DNA from: Gammaproteobacteria bacterium
Lineage (GTDB): Bacteria > Pseudomonadota > Gammaproteobacteria > Eutrophobiales > Eutrophobiaceae
Assembly (NCBI GenBank): GCA_965215365.1
Contig: CBDCDS010000003.1
Coordinates: forward strand, 2,208,001 to 2,272,000
Length of the DNA stretch: 64,000 bases
Reading direction: 5' to 3'
Part shown: positions 9,136 through 19,043 of the stretch, one piece after another
How positions within the stretch are numbered: position 1 is the stretch's first letter
Layout of the letters: the number at the start of each line of letters is the position of its first letter
Program-made: the position numbers and the translations under genes
Notes under the pieces: model-generated
What the model saw: only the letters and a program-made list of their open reading frames with translations
What the model was told of the DNA's origin: nothing
Databases searched by the model: none

Positions 9136-10986
9136 TTACAAGCCGAGGCGTTGCCGGGTCTCAGCCGTCGGTACGCCCTGTTCAGTCCAGCCGCGCACTT
9201 CGTAGTATTTCGGCATCATCTCATGCAACCGATTGACATTACCCTTGGCCGGGCCGGTCTGAGCCGGTTCCGTCAGCAGGCGTTTCGGCAGAGTGTCGTC
9301 CGCCGCGCTGAGACCTGCCGCCAGATTGAACTCGCGTTCTAAGTTCCAGATGCGTTCGCCCGCTTCCAGCATGGTCTCCGGCGTCCATTCGCCTGCACAG
9401 GCGGCGGCAACCTGAGGCGCGATATCTTCCAACGTCCAGGCGAACGTGGTGAATACACACAGGCCGCTCGAATCCACAATGGCGGTGGCATCTTGGAAGG
9501 CCTTGACCATTTCCGGCTTGCCTTCGGTGGCCAGCGGATCGGTCTTTTCGGGAACGCCCATCACCTCGGAGGAAACGGTGTAACCGCGCAGATGGCAGGC
9601 GCCGCGGTTGGAGGTGGCATAAGCCAAGCCCATACCTTGGATGCCGCGTGGGTCGTAGGCGGGGAATTCCTGCCCCTTGACCGTCATCGACAGGTCCGGG
9701 TGGCCGTACTTCTCGCACAACCGCTTGGAACCCAGACCCAGGTCCAGGCCGAAACCCTCACCCTTGCAGGTCACCTCGGTCGCCCAGGTCAGCGCTTCGG
9801 CAGAACCGAACTTCAGTTCCACGCCGCCGGTCTGTTCCCTGGTAATGGCGCCAAGGTCGTAGAGTTCCATGGCTGCGGCAACGGTGGCGCCGAAAGAGAT
9901 AGGATCGATGCCGTCTTCGTTACAGATGAAGTTGGCATACGTTAATGCGTCGATGTCATCGACGCCGGTGTCCGAACCCAGCGCCCAGGCGGCCTCGTAT
10001 TCCAGGCCGCCGGAGGCGCCCCAGTACTGCGGCTTGTTCTCAATGGAAAAATGGCCCTGGTCGATGGTGGAGATACGCCCGCAAGCAATGGTGCAACCGA
10101 AACAACCGGCATTGGTGACCAAATTGGGCTTGCCGTCGCTTGCGCGTGGCTCGTGCATGGCCTCGGCGGAGATCTTGCTGGCGCCTTCGAACTGTACTTC
10201 ACGCATGTTGCGGGTGGGCATGGCGCCGACCTCGTTGATGATATTCATCAACACCTGGGTGCCATAGGTAGGCAACCCCTGGCCGGTCACTGCATTCTCA
10301 GCCAAAACCTGCTTGCCGGCATTGACCGCCTGCATGAACGCACCCGGGTCCTTGATGTTGCCCACGCCTTTGGTGCCGCGCACGGCAACGGCCTTGAGGT
10401 TCTTGGAGGCCATTACTGTGCCGACACCGGAACGGCCGGCGGCGCGATGCAGATCGTTGACAATGGAGGCATACAGGCAGCCCTTCTCGGCGGCGCGGCC
10501 GACTGCCGCGACGCGCAGCAGCGGGTCCTGGTATTTTTTGTGCAACCACTCGTCTGCAGTCCAGACCGACTGCCCCCAGATCTCGGCGGCAGGGACAATT
10601 TCCACCTTGTCATTCTCAACATACAGATAGACAGGTTGTGGTGATTTGCCCTCAAAGATGATCATGTCGTAACCTGCCGCCTTTAACTCGGCGCCGATGA
10701 AGCCGCCGGAATTGGAACAGGCGACGGCGCCGGTCAGGGGGCTCTTGGTCACTACGGAATAACGGCCACCGGTGGACGCCATGGTGCCGGTCAGGGGCCC
10801 GGTGGTCATAATCAACTTGTTATCCGGACTCAGCGCGTCGCAGGCCGGGTCAATCTCTGCCGCCAGATACTTGGTGGCAAGCCCACGCTGCCCCAGGTAA
10901 AGTCGCGCCCACTCCATCTTCAAAGGTTCGTTGCTGACGGCACCTTCGGTCAGGTTCACTCGCAATACATTATTAGCCCAAGCCAT
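9136..10986 (-). CDS. Aldehyde ferredoxin oxidoreductase, W-pterin subunit (AorB-like)
   Basis: TKSPLTG, AAGRSGVGTVMASKNLKA, CFGCTIAC, EYE, DPRG..GMGL.YATSNRGACH. Confidence 0.95.
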   Translation of the reverse strand: MAWANNVLRVNLTEGAVSNEPLKMEWARLYLGQRGLATKYLAAEIDPACDALSPDNKLIMTTGPLTGTMASTGGRYSVVTKSPLTGAVACSNSGGFIGAELKAAGYDMIIFEGKSPQPVYLYVENDKVEIVPAAEIWGQSVWTADEWLHKKYQDPLLRVAAVGRAAEKGCLYASIVNDLHRAAGRSGVGTVMASKNLKAVAVRGTKGVGNIKDPGAFMQAVNAGKQVLAENAVTGQGLPTYGTQVLMNIINEVGAMPTRNMREVQFEGASKISAEAMHEPRASDGKPNLVTNAGCFGCTIACGRISTIDQGHFSIENKPQYWGASGGLEYEAAWALGSDTGVDDIDALTYANFICNEDGIDPISFGATVAAAMELYDLGAITREQTGGVELKFGSAEALTWATEVTCKGEGFGLDLGLGSKRLCEKYGHPDLSMTVKGQEFPAYDPRGIQGMGLAYATSNRGACHLRGYTVSSEVMGVPEKTDPLATEGKPEMVKAFQDATAIVDSSGLCVFTTFAWTLEDIAPQVAAACAGEWTPETMLEAGERIWNLEREFNLAAGLSAADDTLPKRLLTEPAQTGPAKGNVNRLHEMMPKYYEVRGWTEQGVPTAETRQRLGL

Positions 10987-11005
10987 GTTCAATCTCCTCT
11001 GTTAA

Positions 11006-11461
11006 TCAGTTGGCGGCAGCGTGTGCACGCATCCGGGCCAGTCCGGTGTGGTCAGCATCGACGTAAGTAATGGCTGCCGTGGGACAGGCCCTGGCGCATT
11101 CGGGGTCGCCGCCGCACAGGTCACATTTATATACCACCTTGCTGTCCTGGCTGTAGTTCACCGTGCCAAACGGGCAGGCGATAGTGCATACCTTACACCC
11201 AACGCAGACATCGGCAAGCACCTCCTTGGCGCCGGTTTCCTCGTTCAACACGATAGCCTCAACCGGGCAGGCGTGCATACACCAGGCCTCGCTGCACTGG
11301 GTACAGGTGTAGGGGACAAACCGGCCTTCATCATGGAAGGTGAATACCTTAATCCGGGACTTGGCGGGGTTAAACACCCCTTCGGCCTGATAGGAACAGG
11401 CCAATTCGCATTGCAGGCAACCGGTACACTTCTCCGGCTCAATCTGGAGCGCTCTCAGCAT
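11006..11461 (-). CDS. 4Fe-4S dicluster protein (AorA-like)
   Basis: CTGCLQCELAC, CTQCSEAWCMHACP, CVGCKVCTIACP, CDLCGGDPECARACP; RBS CAGGAG. Confidence 0.92.
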   Translation of the reverse strand: MLRALQIEPEKCTGCLQCELACSYQAEGVFNPAKSRIKVFTFHDEGRFVPYTCTQCSEAWCMHACPVEAIVLNEETGAKEVLADVCVGCKVCTIACPFGTVNYSQDSKVVYKCDLCGGDPECARACPTAAITYVDADHTGLARMRAHAAAN

Positions 11462-11695
11462 CACAATCTCCTGTTGAATAGTAATGGTTTGGCAGGTAAA
11501 AAGTGAAAAAATGTTATGCTGCGCTAGGGAAAACTCCCAGTTGCAGCAGCTTTGACTTTGATTATAACAGGACTGGACGGCATTTTTCTGTTGTGTGGTT
11601 TGCTGTAGCAACATTTTTCGGATGGGAGGCAGCGTAGCAGAACCATTTCCCGATACCGGGGTCAAATGTACAGACTGACAGGCGCAAGATTATTT

Positions 11696-12517
11696 ATGAA
11701 AACAGCACTTTATACTTTCACCACGTTCATGTTACTGGCTTGCGCTACGGCCGGTGCTGCGGACAGGTCCACGGCTGTCAGGGAAGTCCGCTTTGCGTTT
11801 ATAGGCGAAGCCGGCGGCAACGCACATTCGGGCGTTGTGCAGGGTATCCACGAGGCTAACCTGCAGGGACGATTCCTGGGTCAGAACTACACCTTGCAGG
11901 AGTTCAACCGGAATGATTGGGATGAGATAGACCCGGGCGAGTTTATCGCGCTCATCGTCGCCACCGACGCGGACAACCTGACGCGGATCGGTGAACATTT
12001 CGGCAGCCACGCGGTTTTCAATGTCAGCGCGCACGATGACGCGCTCAGAGCGGCTTGCGCACCAAACCTGTTGCATGTCATCCCCAGTGCCAAAATGCTG
12101 GCTGATGGCAAAGCTCAATGGTTGCAAAAAAAACCGGATGCCGACGTTGAGGCCTCGGGTTGGCACCCGAAGTTTGTGAAATTTGCGGCCCGGGACCTGA
12201 ATAAACGCTACCAGGAACGCTTTTCCCGGCAGCTGGACCAGTATGCCTGGGCCGGCTGGGCCGCAGTGAAGATGACTTCGGATTCAGTGGCCAGGAAAGC
12301 CATCACCGCACCCGGCGCCATGCTGGAGTTCCTCAAAGGCGATCTGGGGTTTGACGGACAGAAAGGTCAGGGCCTGGATTTTCGTAACACCGGCCAGTTA
12401 CGCCAATTACTGCTGATCAGCGACTCTGAGGGGACACTGCTGGGCGAGGCGCCGGTCAGAGGGGTCGCAAAGGCGGACGACATGGACAGCCTGGGGCTGG
12501 CTTCATGCCCGAACTAA
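11696..12517 (+). CDS. Periplasmic binding protein associated with PQQ-dependent alcohol dehydrogenase systems
   Basis: Signal peptide; WH...KFAARDLNKRY, AGWAAVK and FDGQKG...FR..GQLRQ motifs; adjacent to a PQQ beta-propeller gene. Confidence 0.75.
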   Translation: MKTALYTFTTFMLLACATAGAADRSTAVREVRFAFIGEAGGNAHSGVVQGIHEANLQGRFLGQNYTLQEFNRNDWDEIDPGEFIALIVATDADNLTRIGEHFGSHAVFNVSAHDDALRAACAPNLLHVIPSAKMLADGKAQWLQKKPDADVEASGWHPKFVKFAARDLNKRYQERFSRQLDQYAWAGWAAVKMTSDSVARKAITAPGAMLEFLKGDLGFDGQKGQGLDFRNTGQLRQLLLISDSEGTLLGEAPVRGVAKADDMDSLGLASCPN

Positions 12518-12555
12518 GGTATGCTTATGGCAATAATCAAACTACGGAGTCACTG

Positions 12556-13506
12556 ATGAAACATCTTATCACCCTCAGCCTGGTCCTGTTAGCCGGCGCG
12601 CAGCTTGCTTATGCGGCCAGCGGCCGTATCTTCGTCACCAACGAACGCAGCAATGACATATCCGTGATCAACGGCACAACCCTGGAAGTGGAACGCACTA
12701 TTGAAGTGGGCGGCCGCCCCCGGGGTATCGGTATCTCACCGGATGGCGCGGAGTTATACATCGCCGTCAGCGACGAAAACGTGATCGCAGTTGTTGACCT
12801 TGACACCTTGGAACTGTTGCGCAAATTCGAGGCGGGGTCGGATCCGGAAACCTTTGCGGTGCACCCGGACGGCAATATCTACATCTCCAACGAAGACGAC
12901 GCCAAGGCGTCGGTCTTTGACCCTCGCACCGGTGAGCAGTTGGCCGAGATTGAGGTGGGATTGGAACCGGAGGGCGTAGCCATCTCCCCCGACGGCAGAT
13001 ATGTCATTATTACCAGCGAATCAACCAATATGCTGCATGTCATTCAGGTCCCCGAACATACTATTGCCGCCAATATCCTGGTGGGTGCCAGACCGCGCGC
13101 GGCCACCTTCACTCAGGACGGCAAGACTGTCTATTCCACTTCCGAGATCAGCGGCGAGGTGAAAAAGGTCGATATGACAACTTTCGAGGTAGTCGCCGCA
13201 CAGAAGATTGAAAAAGACAATGCCAAACCCAAGGATGTGCTGTTGAACAAGGACGAGACCAAGCTGTATGTCGCCGGCGGCAGAGCCAACAAGGTGGTGG
13301 TCATGGACCCTGAGACGCTGGCAGTACGCAAGGGTATCCCGGTGGGCAAGCGGGTCTGGGGTCTGGCCATGACCAAAGACGGTAGCAGGGTATTCAGCAC
13401 CGACGGGGTCAGCGGCACGGTTTCCGTGATCGACACGGCGCAGGACGAGGTCATCAGGACCATCGAGGTCGGCAAGTTTCCGTGGGGGGTTGTTATCGAC
13501 GACTGA
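12556..13506 (+). CDS. PQQ-dependent catabolism-associated YVTN beta-propeller protein
   Basis: Signal peptide; FVTNE, GRPRGI, DPETFA, EPEGVAISPDG and GKFPWGV repeats. Confidence 0.85.
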   Translation: MKHLITLSLVLLAGAQLAYAASGRIFVTNERSNDISVINGTTLEVERTIEVGGRPRGIGISPDGAELYIAVSDENVIAVVDLDTLELLRKFEAGSDPETFAVHPDGNIYISNEDDAKASVFDPRTGEQLAEIEVGLEPEGVAISPDGRYVIITSESTNMLHVIQVPEHTIAANILVGARPRAATFTQDGKTVYSTSEISGEVKKVDMTTFEVVAAQKIEKDNAKPKDVLLNKDETKLYVAGGRANKVVVMDPETLAVRKGIPVGKRVWGLAMTKDGSRVFSTDGVSGTVSVIDTAQDEVIRTIEVGKFPWGVVIDD

Positions 13507-13521
13507 CCTGACGGCCACCAT

Positions 13522-13597
13522 GCCGGATTAGCTCAGCTGGTAGAGCGCCCGCCTTGTAAGCGGATGGTCGGCGGTTCAAATCCGTCATCCGGCACCA
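13522..13597 (+). tRNA. tRNA-Thr(TGT)
   Basis: GCCGGAT acceptor stem, TAGCTCAGCTGGTAGAGC D-arm, anticodon TGT, GGTTCAAATCC T-loop, CCA end. Confidence 0.97.
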
Positions 13598-13653
13598 TCT
13601 GATCTGAGTGTTGTTTACACGCAGTTTTCGTGAGATAACCACGAAAATCACTG

Positions 13654-13734
13654 GCACGGTCACCTCGTGTTTGTGAGAGGTGACCTTTACCTGTAAATGT
13701 CGCCTGGTGTAAAAATGCCACGGAGGGCATTCTT
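13654..13734. repeat. Dispersed hairpin repeat plus GGA-loop hairpin
   Basis: GCACGGTCACCTCGTGTTTGTGAGAGGTGACCTT (also at ~33086 and ~49375) and AAAATGCC-ACGGAG-GGCATT (also at ~50638). Confidence 0.8.
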
Positions 13735-13740
13735 AGAATT

Positions 13741-13786
13741 TACTATAATATAATTGTAATATTACAAAGAAACTACTATTATAGTG
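13741..13786 (+). promoter_or_regulatory. AT-rich operator region of hipBA
   Basis: Perfect palindrome TTGTAATATTACAA nested within ACTATAATA...TATTATAGT inverted repeats. Confidence 0.55.
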
Positions 13787-13814
13787 TATTTATTGAGTAA
13801 CCTGACCAGACATT

Positions 13815-14150
13815 GTGAAAACATTGATTGAAATATCTTCCGGAATTGAGAAGCGTCGACGTGATTTGGGTTTGAAGCAATCGGATATGCTGATGAAAAT
13901 CGGCATGTCACAGCAACAATACCAACGCATTGAGGCCGGTCACGACATGCGGGTTGCCACTCTTCTGCGCGTCCTAGAAGGGATGGAGCTGGAACTGCTG
14001 ATAGCGCCCCGCGAGCAGGTTCGATACCTAGAAAACCTGCTGCGAACCGGTGAGCATGACTATGGCCTCATTGCTGCCGGTCCTGACTGGCAGGATGATG
14101 CCCGGGAATCCTCATGGGACCCACTATTGAAAGAATTTGAGGACGAATAA
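13815..14150 (+). CDS. hipB: HipB-like XRE HTH antitoxin
   Basis: RRRDLGLKQSD...GMSQQQYQRIEAG HTH; precedes hipA. Confidence 0.85.
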   Translation: MKTLIEISSGIEKRRRDLGLKQSDMLMKIGMSQQQYQRIEAGHDMRVATLLRVLEGMELELLIAPREQVRYLENLLRTGEHDYGLIAAGPDWQDDARESSWDPLLKEFEDE

Positions 14151-14152
14151 CA

Positions 14153-15421
14153 ATGTCTGAAACTAGCCGGGAAGCAGAATCCATTGAAGCGTTGCAACTG
14201 ACCTTGCATGGGCACAAGGTTGGTATTCTCACCCATTACACCGGCGGCAGGAATATCCTGACCTTTGACCCGGAATACCGGGCATTGCCGGCGCGTGACC
14301 GGCCGACAATGACGCTAACTCAAAGAATAGACCCCGACTACCCGGACAAGGTGTTGACAAGTTCCCAGAGAGTCCCGCCCGTCCTGTCCAATCTGTTGCC
14401 AGAAGGTGCGCTGCGCGAACTGCTGTCCGGAGCATTGAAAATTCATCCTGCAAACGAGTTTCCTTTACTGGCATGGGTCGGCAACAACCTGCCCGGGGCC
14501 ATCATCGCAACGCCGGTGCCTGCCGGCGAGATTCCGGGCTGGGCCTTGTCGGCGCGAAACCACATTGAAGCGGTCCGGATTGACGTTGCGGGAGGTGAGC
14601 CGAAGTTTTCACTGGCCGGTATCCAGATGAAATTTTCCACCATCCGGCAGGACGGACGCTACAACATCAGCGCCGGGTTGGGGACTGATAACTGGATCGT
14701 CAAAACACCGTCCACCCTTCACCGGAACGTGCCGGAAAACGAATTCAGTGCCATGAAACTGGCCGAAGCAATCAACGTGTATATCCCCGAGATAGCTCTC
14801 ATTTCCCTGGATACACTGGACAACCTGCCTTCAATTCAACTGCCGGAGGAGGCACATGCTTATGCCATCCGCCGTTTCGACCGTAGCGCCCGCGGGCGTA
14901 TCCATGCAGAAGACTTCGCCCAGGTATTCGAGTTGTTCGCCCACGAAAAGTATGGGAAGGCCAATTACGAACAGGTTGCCGGCGCACTGTACCGTTACGG
15001 CGCCGGCGGGTTGGCGGATATCCAGCAGATGGCCCGGCGTTTGCTGGCGAATATCCTGCTGGCGAACGGCGATGCCCACTTGAAGAACTGGACCCTGACA
15101 TATCCCGACGCAATCAACCCGAAACTGGCGCCAGCCTACGATATCGTATCGACGCTGCCGTACGTCCCGAGCGAAACCGGCATCGCACTAAACTTAGGCA
15201 GACAGAAAAAATGGCATTCCATCAACCTCGACACCTTTCAGACCTGGAGTAAACGAATAGACGTCCCGTGGCCGGCCGTGAGAGTGCATTTGCTCGATGC
15301 CTTGGCAGCCGCCCGCGACCTGTGGCCGGGGATGTTGCAGGACTTGCCCATGCATGGGCTACACAAGGAAGTCTTGAGAAGCCACTGGACGAAACTTTCC
15401 GCAGACCTTAAATTGCCGTGA
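14153..15421 (+). CDS. hipA: HipA-family kinase toxin
   Basis: NLLPEG, FSLAGIQMKFS, IVK, RFDR, HAEDFAQ, NGDAHLKNW, LAPAYD. Confidence 0.95.
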   Translation: MSETSREAESIEALQLTLHGHKVGILTHYTGGRNILTFDPEYRALPARDRPTMTLTQRIDPDYPDKVLTSSQRVPPVLSNLLPEGALRELLSGALKIHPANEFPLLAWVGNNLPGAIIATPVPAGEIPGWALSARNHIEAVRIDVAGGEPKFSLAGIQMKFSTIRQDGRYNISAGLGTDNWIVKTPSTLHRNVPENEFSAMKLAEAINVYIPEIALISLDTLDNLPSIQLPEEAHAYAIRRFDRSARGRIHAEDFAQVFELFAHEKYGKANYEQVAGALYRYGAGGLADIQQMARRLLANILLANGDAHLKNWTLTYPDAINPKLAPAYDIVSTLPYVPSETGIALNLGRQKKWHSINLDTFQTWSKRIDVPWPAVRVHLLDALAAARDLWPGMLQDLPMHGLHKEVLRSHWTKLSADLKLP

Positions 15422-15595
15422 TTCACCCGGATAATAAATTCGATGACGCGATACTATCCCGCAGGGCGCATCAAGCGCAGTGGGTTATCACGAGGTAACC
15501 ATATGTATTGAACCTGGACAAGGTCTTGAATTGGGTTCAAGAAAGCGTTATACTCCCGGTCGGTACTCGAGAAACTGAGTACCGTTCGTTTTCAT

Positions 15596-15952
15596 GGGGG
15601 CGTATCTGGTTTCGACGAGGGTACTGAATCCCAAGGGGCATGCCGAGGTGCAGAGTACCTCGTTAATCCATCTGCAAACTTCAATAGTTGACGAAAAGTA
15701 CAACTACGCTCTGGCCGCTTGAACCGGCCAGCCTCTGACTGATTGGTGCTTGTGCTGTCTGTCCAGAGGTTATAACCACAAGATCGCGCTGAAGTCTGTC
15801 CCGGGTGGAGGCGTTAAATCCTAAGGGAATCGTTGCCTGCGTTCCCCCGCCGTTTCGGGTAACAGGCGATTAAATTTAACGAAACGGCTAAGCATGTAGA
15901 ACCGAAGGTTGATGGCTCGCGGACGCCGGTTCGACTCCGGCCGCCTCCACCA
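15596..15952 (+). ncRNA. ssrA: tmRNA
   Basis: GGGGGCG...TTCGAC 5' end; tag ORF (A)DEKYNYALAA-stop after ATAGTT; 3' GGTTCGACTCCGGCCGCCTCCACCA. Confidence 0.95.
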
Positions 15953-16010
15953 ATAAGGCGTCTCTAAAAATCAGAGACACCCTTGCTGCACAAGGATGTG
16001 CGGCCACGTT

Positions 16011-16412
16011 TCAACCAGAGCTCGCAGCGCCCTCATCTTCTTCCGAGTTCGGCAGCGGCCGGTCAACCAGTTCCACGATAGCCATGGGCGCCTTGTCGCC
16101 GGCCCGGTGGCCGCATTTAAGGATGCGCAGGTAGCCACCCGGACGACTGCGGTAACGCGGCCCCAGTTCATTAAACAATTTGGTCACCGTGGTCCGATCG
16201 CGCAACCGGGAGAATGCTAGCCTGCGTCTGGCAACGGAATCGGTTTTTGCCAGGGTAATCAACGGTTCCGCGACACGCCGCAGCTCCTTCGCTTTGGCCA
16301 GAGTGGTTTTAATCACTTCATGCTGCACCAGCGAGGCAGCCATATTACGAAACATTGCCGTACGATGGCTGCTGTTCCGGTTCAGTTTCCGTCCGCTTTC
16401 TCTATGACGCAT
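16011..16412 (-). CDS. rplQ: 50S ribosomal protein L17
   Basis: [17 protein letters not shown]. Confidence 0.98.
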   Translation of the reverse strand: MRHRESGRKLNRNSSHRTAMFRNMAASLVQHEVIKTTLAKAKELRRVAEPLITLAKTDSVARRRLAFSRLRDRTTVTKLFNELGPRYRSRPGGYLRILKCGHRAGDKAPMAIVELVDRPLPNSEEDEGAASSG

Positions 16413-16430
16413 TTCGACTACCCACCCCTG

Positions 16431-17453
16431 TTAATGTGAGATGACGGGAGACATTTCCCTTTCTTCATATAAGTCAGAGGGCGGCCAGACCTCCAGTCTC
16501 ATGCCCAACGTCAGGCCGCGGGAGGCCAATACATCCTTGATTTCCGTCAGAGATTTCTTGCCCAGGTTCGGAGTTTTCAACAACTCCATTTCCGTGCGCT
16601 GAATAAGGTCGCCGATATAGTAAATACTCTCTGCTTTCAGACAGTTTGCCGAACGCACCGTGAGTTCCAGATCATCGACCGGGCGCAACAGGATAGGATC
16701 GATGTCCGGTTCATTACTGGCGATTGGGGTTTCCTCGGTCTGCTCCGCCTCCAGATCAACAAAAATCGACAACTGGTTGCGCAGGATCAGCGCGGCTTCC
16801 TTGATGGCCTCTTCCGGATTGACGGTGCCATTCGTTTCCACCTCCAAGATCAACTTGTCCAGGTCGGTCTGCTGCTCTACACGAGTGCTTTGAACATCGT
16901 AGGAAACGCGTTTGATTGGACTGAACGAGGCATCCAGCTTCAACCGACCGATACTTTGTCCGACTTCATCGTCAGGATTGCCGACAACAACCGGTCGATA
17001 CCCGCGCCCGCGCTCAACCATGATATTCATGTTCAATTCGCAACCGGCCCGGGTAAGATGCGCGATCAGCTGGTCAGGATTGGCAATCTCCACGCCGTGG
17101 TCGAGCTTGATGTCGCTGGCCCGGACTTCACCCGGCCCGGCCTTGTTCAGGCTCAGGGTAACGTCGTCCCGGGCGTGCACGCTGATTGCCAGTTGCTTGA
17201 GGTTGAGCAGGATGTCGGTGACGTCTTCATGGACACCGTCAATGGTCGTATATTCATGGAGCACGCCGTCAATTTCCACCTCCGTGACTGCGCAGCCGGA
17301 CATGGATGACAACAACACCCGGCGCAAGGCATTGCCCAGAGTATGGCCAAAACCCCTGTTTAGCGGCTCTATGGTAATTTTTGCCATGGTCGCGTTGACG
17401 CTCTCCACGTCCACCCGGCGCGGCTTTAACAATTCACTGAATGTTGAGGGCAT
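16431..17453 (-). CDS. rpoA: RNA polymerase alpha subunit
   Basis: [17 protein letters not shown]; [12 protein letters not shown]. Confidence 0.98.
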   Translation of the reverse strand: MPSTFSELLKPRRVDVESVNATMAKITIEPLNRGFGHTLGNALRRVLLSSMSGCAVTEVEIDGVLHEYTTIDGVHEDVTDILLNLKQLAISVHARDDVTLSLNKAGPGEVRASDIKLDHGVEIANPDQLIAHLTRAGCELNMNIMVERGRGYRPVVVGNPDDEVGQSIGRLKLDASFSPIKRVSYDVQSTRVEQQTDLDKLILEVETNGTVNPEEAIKEAALILRNQLSIFVDLEAEQTEETPIASNEPDIDPILLRPVDDLELTVRSANCLKAESIYYIGDLIQRTEMELLKTPNLGKKSLTEIKDVLASRGLTLGMRLEVWPPSDLYEEREMSPVISH

Positions 17454-17474
17454 AAATAGGATTCCTCTGGCTGC

Positions 17475-18095
17475 TTATTTGGAATAAAGCTCCACCACTA
17501 ACTGTTCGTTGATATCCGAAGGTAACTCACTACGCTCGGGTGTGGATCTGAAGATCCCCACCTTTTTTTTGACGTCCACTTCGACCCATTCAGGAAACCC
17601 GATTTGTTCTGCCACGTTCAGGGCATCCTGGATACGCAGTTGTTGCTTGCTCTTTTCCCTGATCTCAACCTTGTCCTCAGGGCTGACCTGGTAAGACGGG
17701 ATATTGACTGACTGTCCGTTTACCAGTACTGATTTATGGCTCACCAACTGTCTGGCTTCGTTACGCGTACAACCAAACCCCATCCTGAATACCACGTTAT
17801 CCAGACGGCATTCCAGGATTTGCAGCAGGTTCTCGCCGGTTGAGCCTTTACGGCGCACCGCTTCCTGATAGTAGCGCCGGAACTGTTTTTCCAGCACACC
17901 GTAAATGCGCCGCAGTTTCTGCTTTTCCCGCAGTTGCACCGCATAGTCCGACAACCGCTTTGACCTGACCCCCTGCTCACCGGGGGGTTTGTCTATCTGA
18001 CATTTCGATTCAAGCGGACGGGCGCGGCTTTTCAGAAACAAATCCACGCCCTCGCGCCGACTCAGTCTGCATTTGGGACCCAGGTATCGAGCCAT
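17475..18095 (-). CDS. rpsD: 30S ribosomal protein S4
   Basis: [16 protein letters not shown]...VVELYSK. Confidence 0.98.
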   Translation of the reverse strand: MARYLGPKCRLSRREGVDLFLKSRARPLESKCQIDKPPGEQGVRSKRLSDYAVQLREKQKLRRIYGVLEKQFRRYYQEAVRRKGSTGENLLQILECRLDNVVFRMGFGCTRNEARQLVSHKSVLVNGQSVNIPSYQVSPEDKVEIREKSKQQLRIQDALNVAEQIGFPEWVEVDVKKKVGIFRSTPERSELPSDINEQLVVELYSK

Positions 18096-18117
18096 ATCTC
18101 CTCCAGGTTCTGTCTGT

Positions 18118-18504
18118 TTATACCCGCCTTTTTTTCGGCGGGCGACAACCGTTATGCGGGATGGGAGTCACGTCGGTAATATTGGTAATTTTATAACCCA
18201 GCGCGTTCAATGCGCGCACCGCCGATTCCCGGCCCGGCCCCGGACCTTTGATATTCACGTCCAGGTTTTTCATGCCAAACTCTTTCACCACTTCACCCAC
18301 CTTCTGGGCGGCGATCTGCGCCGCAAACGGGGTGCTCTTGCGTGAGCCGCGAAACCCGCTACCGCCGGCGGTGGCCCAAGCCAGGGTATTCCCCTGCCGG
18401 TCGGTGATATTGATGATCGTGTTGTTGAAGGACGCATGCACATGCGCGATACCATCAACCACAGTTTTCTTGACCTTCTTTCTGGTACTTCTTGGTTTTG
18501 CCAT
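18118..18504 (-). CDS. rpsK: 30S ribosomal protein S11
   Basis: HASFNNTI...[13 protein letters not shown]. Confidence 0.98.
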   Translation of the reverse strand: MAKPRSTRKKVKKTVVDGIAHVHASFNNTIINITDRQGNTLAWATAGGSGFRGSRKSTPFAAQIAAQKVGEVVKEFGMKNLDVNIKGPGPGRESAVRALNALGYKITNITDVTPIPHNGCRPPKKRRV

Positions 18505-18520
18505 TGACCTTCTCGCAACG

Positions 18521-18877
18521 TTATTTCTTGATGAGGCGGCGCGGCCCCTTGCGGGTTCTTGCATTGGTGCGGGTACGCTGACCATGCAGGGGCAGCCCAC
18601 GCCGATGGCGGATCCCCCGATACGAACCCAAGTCCATCAGGCGTTTGATATTCATGGATATATCCCGACGTAAATCACCTTCCAGCTCATAGTTGGTGAC
18701 TTCCGCACGTAACTGGTCAAGCTGTTTTTCAGTGAGCGCCGATACCTTGACATGCGGCTCTATGCCCGTGGCGACACAAATCTTCCCGGCGGCGGTGCCG
18801 CCAATGCCATAGATATGAGTCAACGCAATGCGAACATGCTTTTGGTCCGGAATGTTTACACCTGCTATGCGAGCCAT
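18521..18877 (-). CDS. rpsM: 30S ribosomal protein S13
   Basis: [10 protein letters not shown]...[13 protein letters not shown]. Confidence 0.98.
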   Translation of the reverse strand: MARIAGVNIPDQKHVRIALTHIYGIGGTAAGKICVATGIEPHVKVSALTEKQLDQLRAEVTNYELEGDLRRDISMNIKRLMDLGSYRGIRHRRGLPLHGQRTRTNARTRKGPRRLIKK

Positions 18878-18914
18878 AAAATTTCTCTGTGGTTTGTTAG
18901 GTTGCTCGGCGCGC

Positions 18915-19028
18915 TCATCCCTGCCGTTGCTTGTGACGTGGGTCCGAACAGATGACCCGGACACGACCGCGCCGGCGGATAATGCGGCAGTTACGACAAA
19001 TCTTTTTTACTGAAGCCCTGACTTTCAT
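18915..19028 (-). CDS. rpmJ: 50S ribosomal protein L36 (Zn-binding type)
   Basis: Manual translation [37 protein letters not shown]. Confidence 0.97.
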   Translation of the reverse strand: MKVRASVKKICRNCRIIRRRGRVRVICSDPRHKQRQG

Positions 19029-19043
19029 TTTATTCTCTCGTTG

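Noticed and set aside
13522-15952. Prophage or integrative element at tRNA-Thr/ssrA
   Set aside because: No integrase, phage genes or duplicated tRNA/tmRNA 3' ends were seen in the window.
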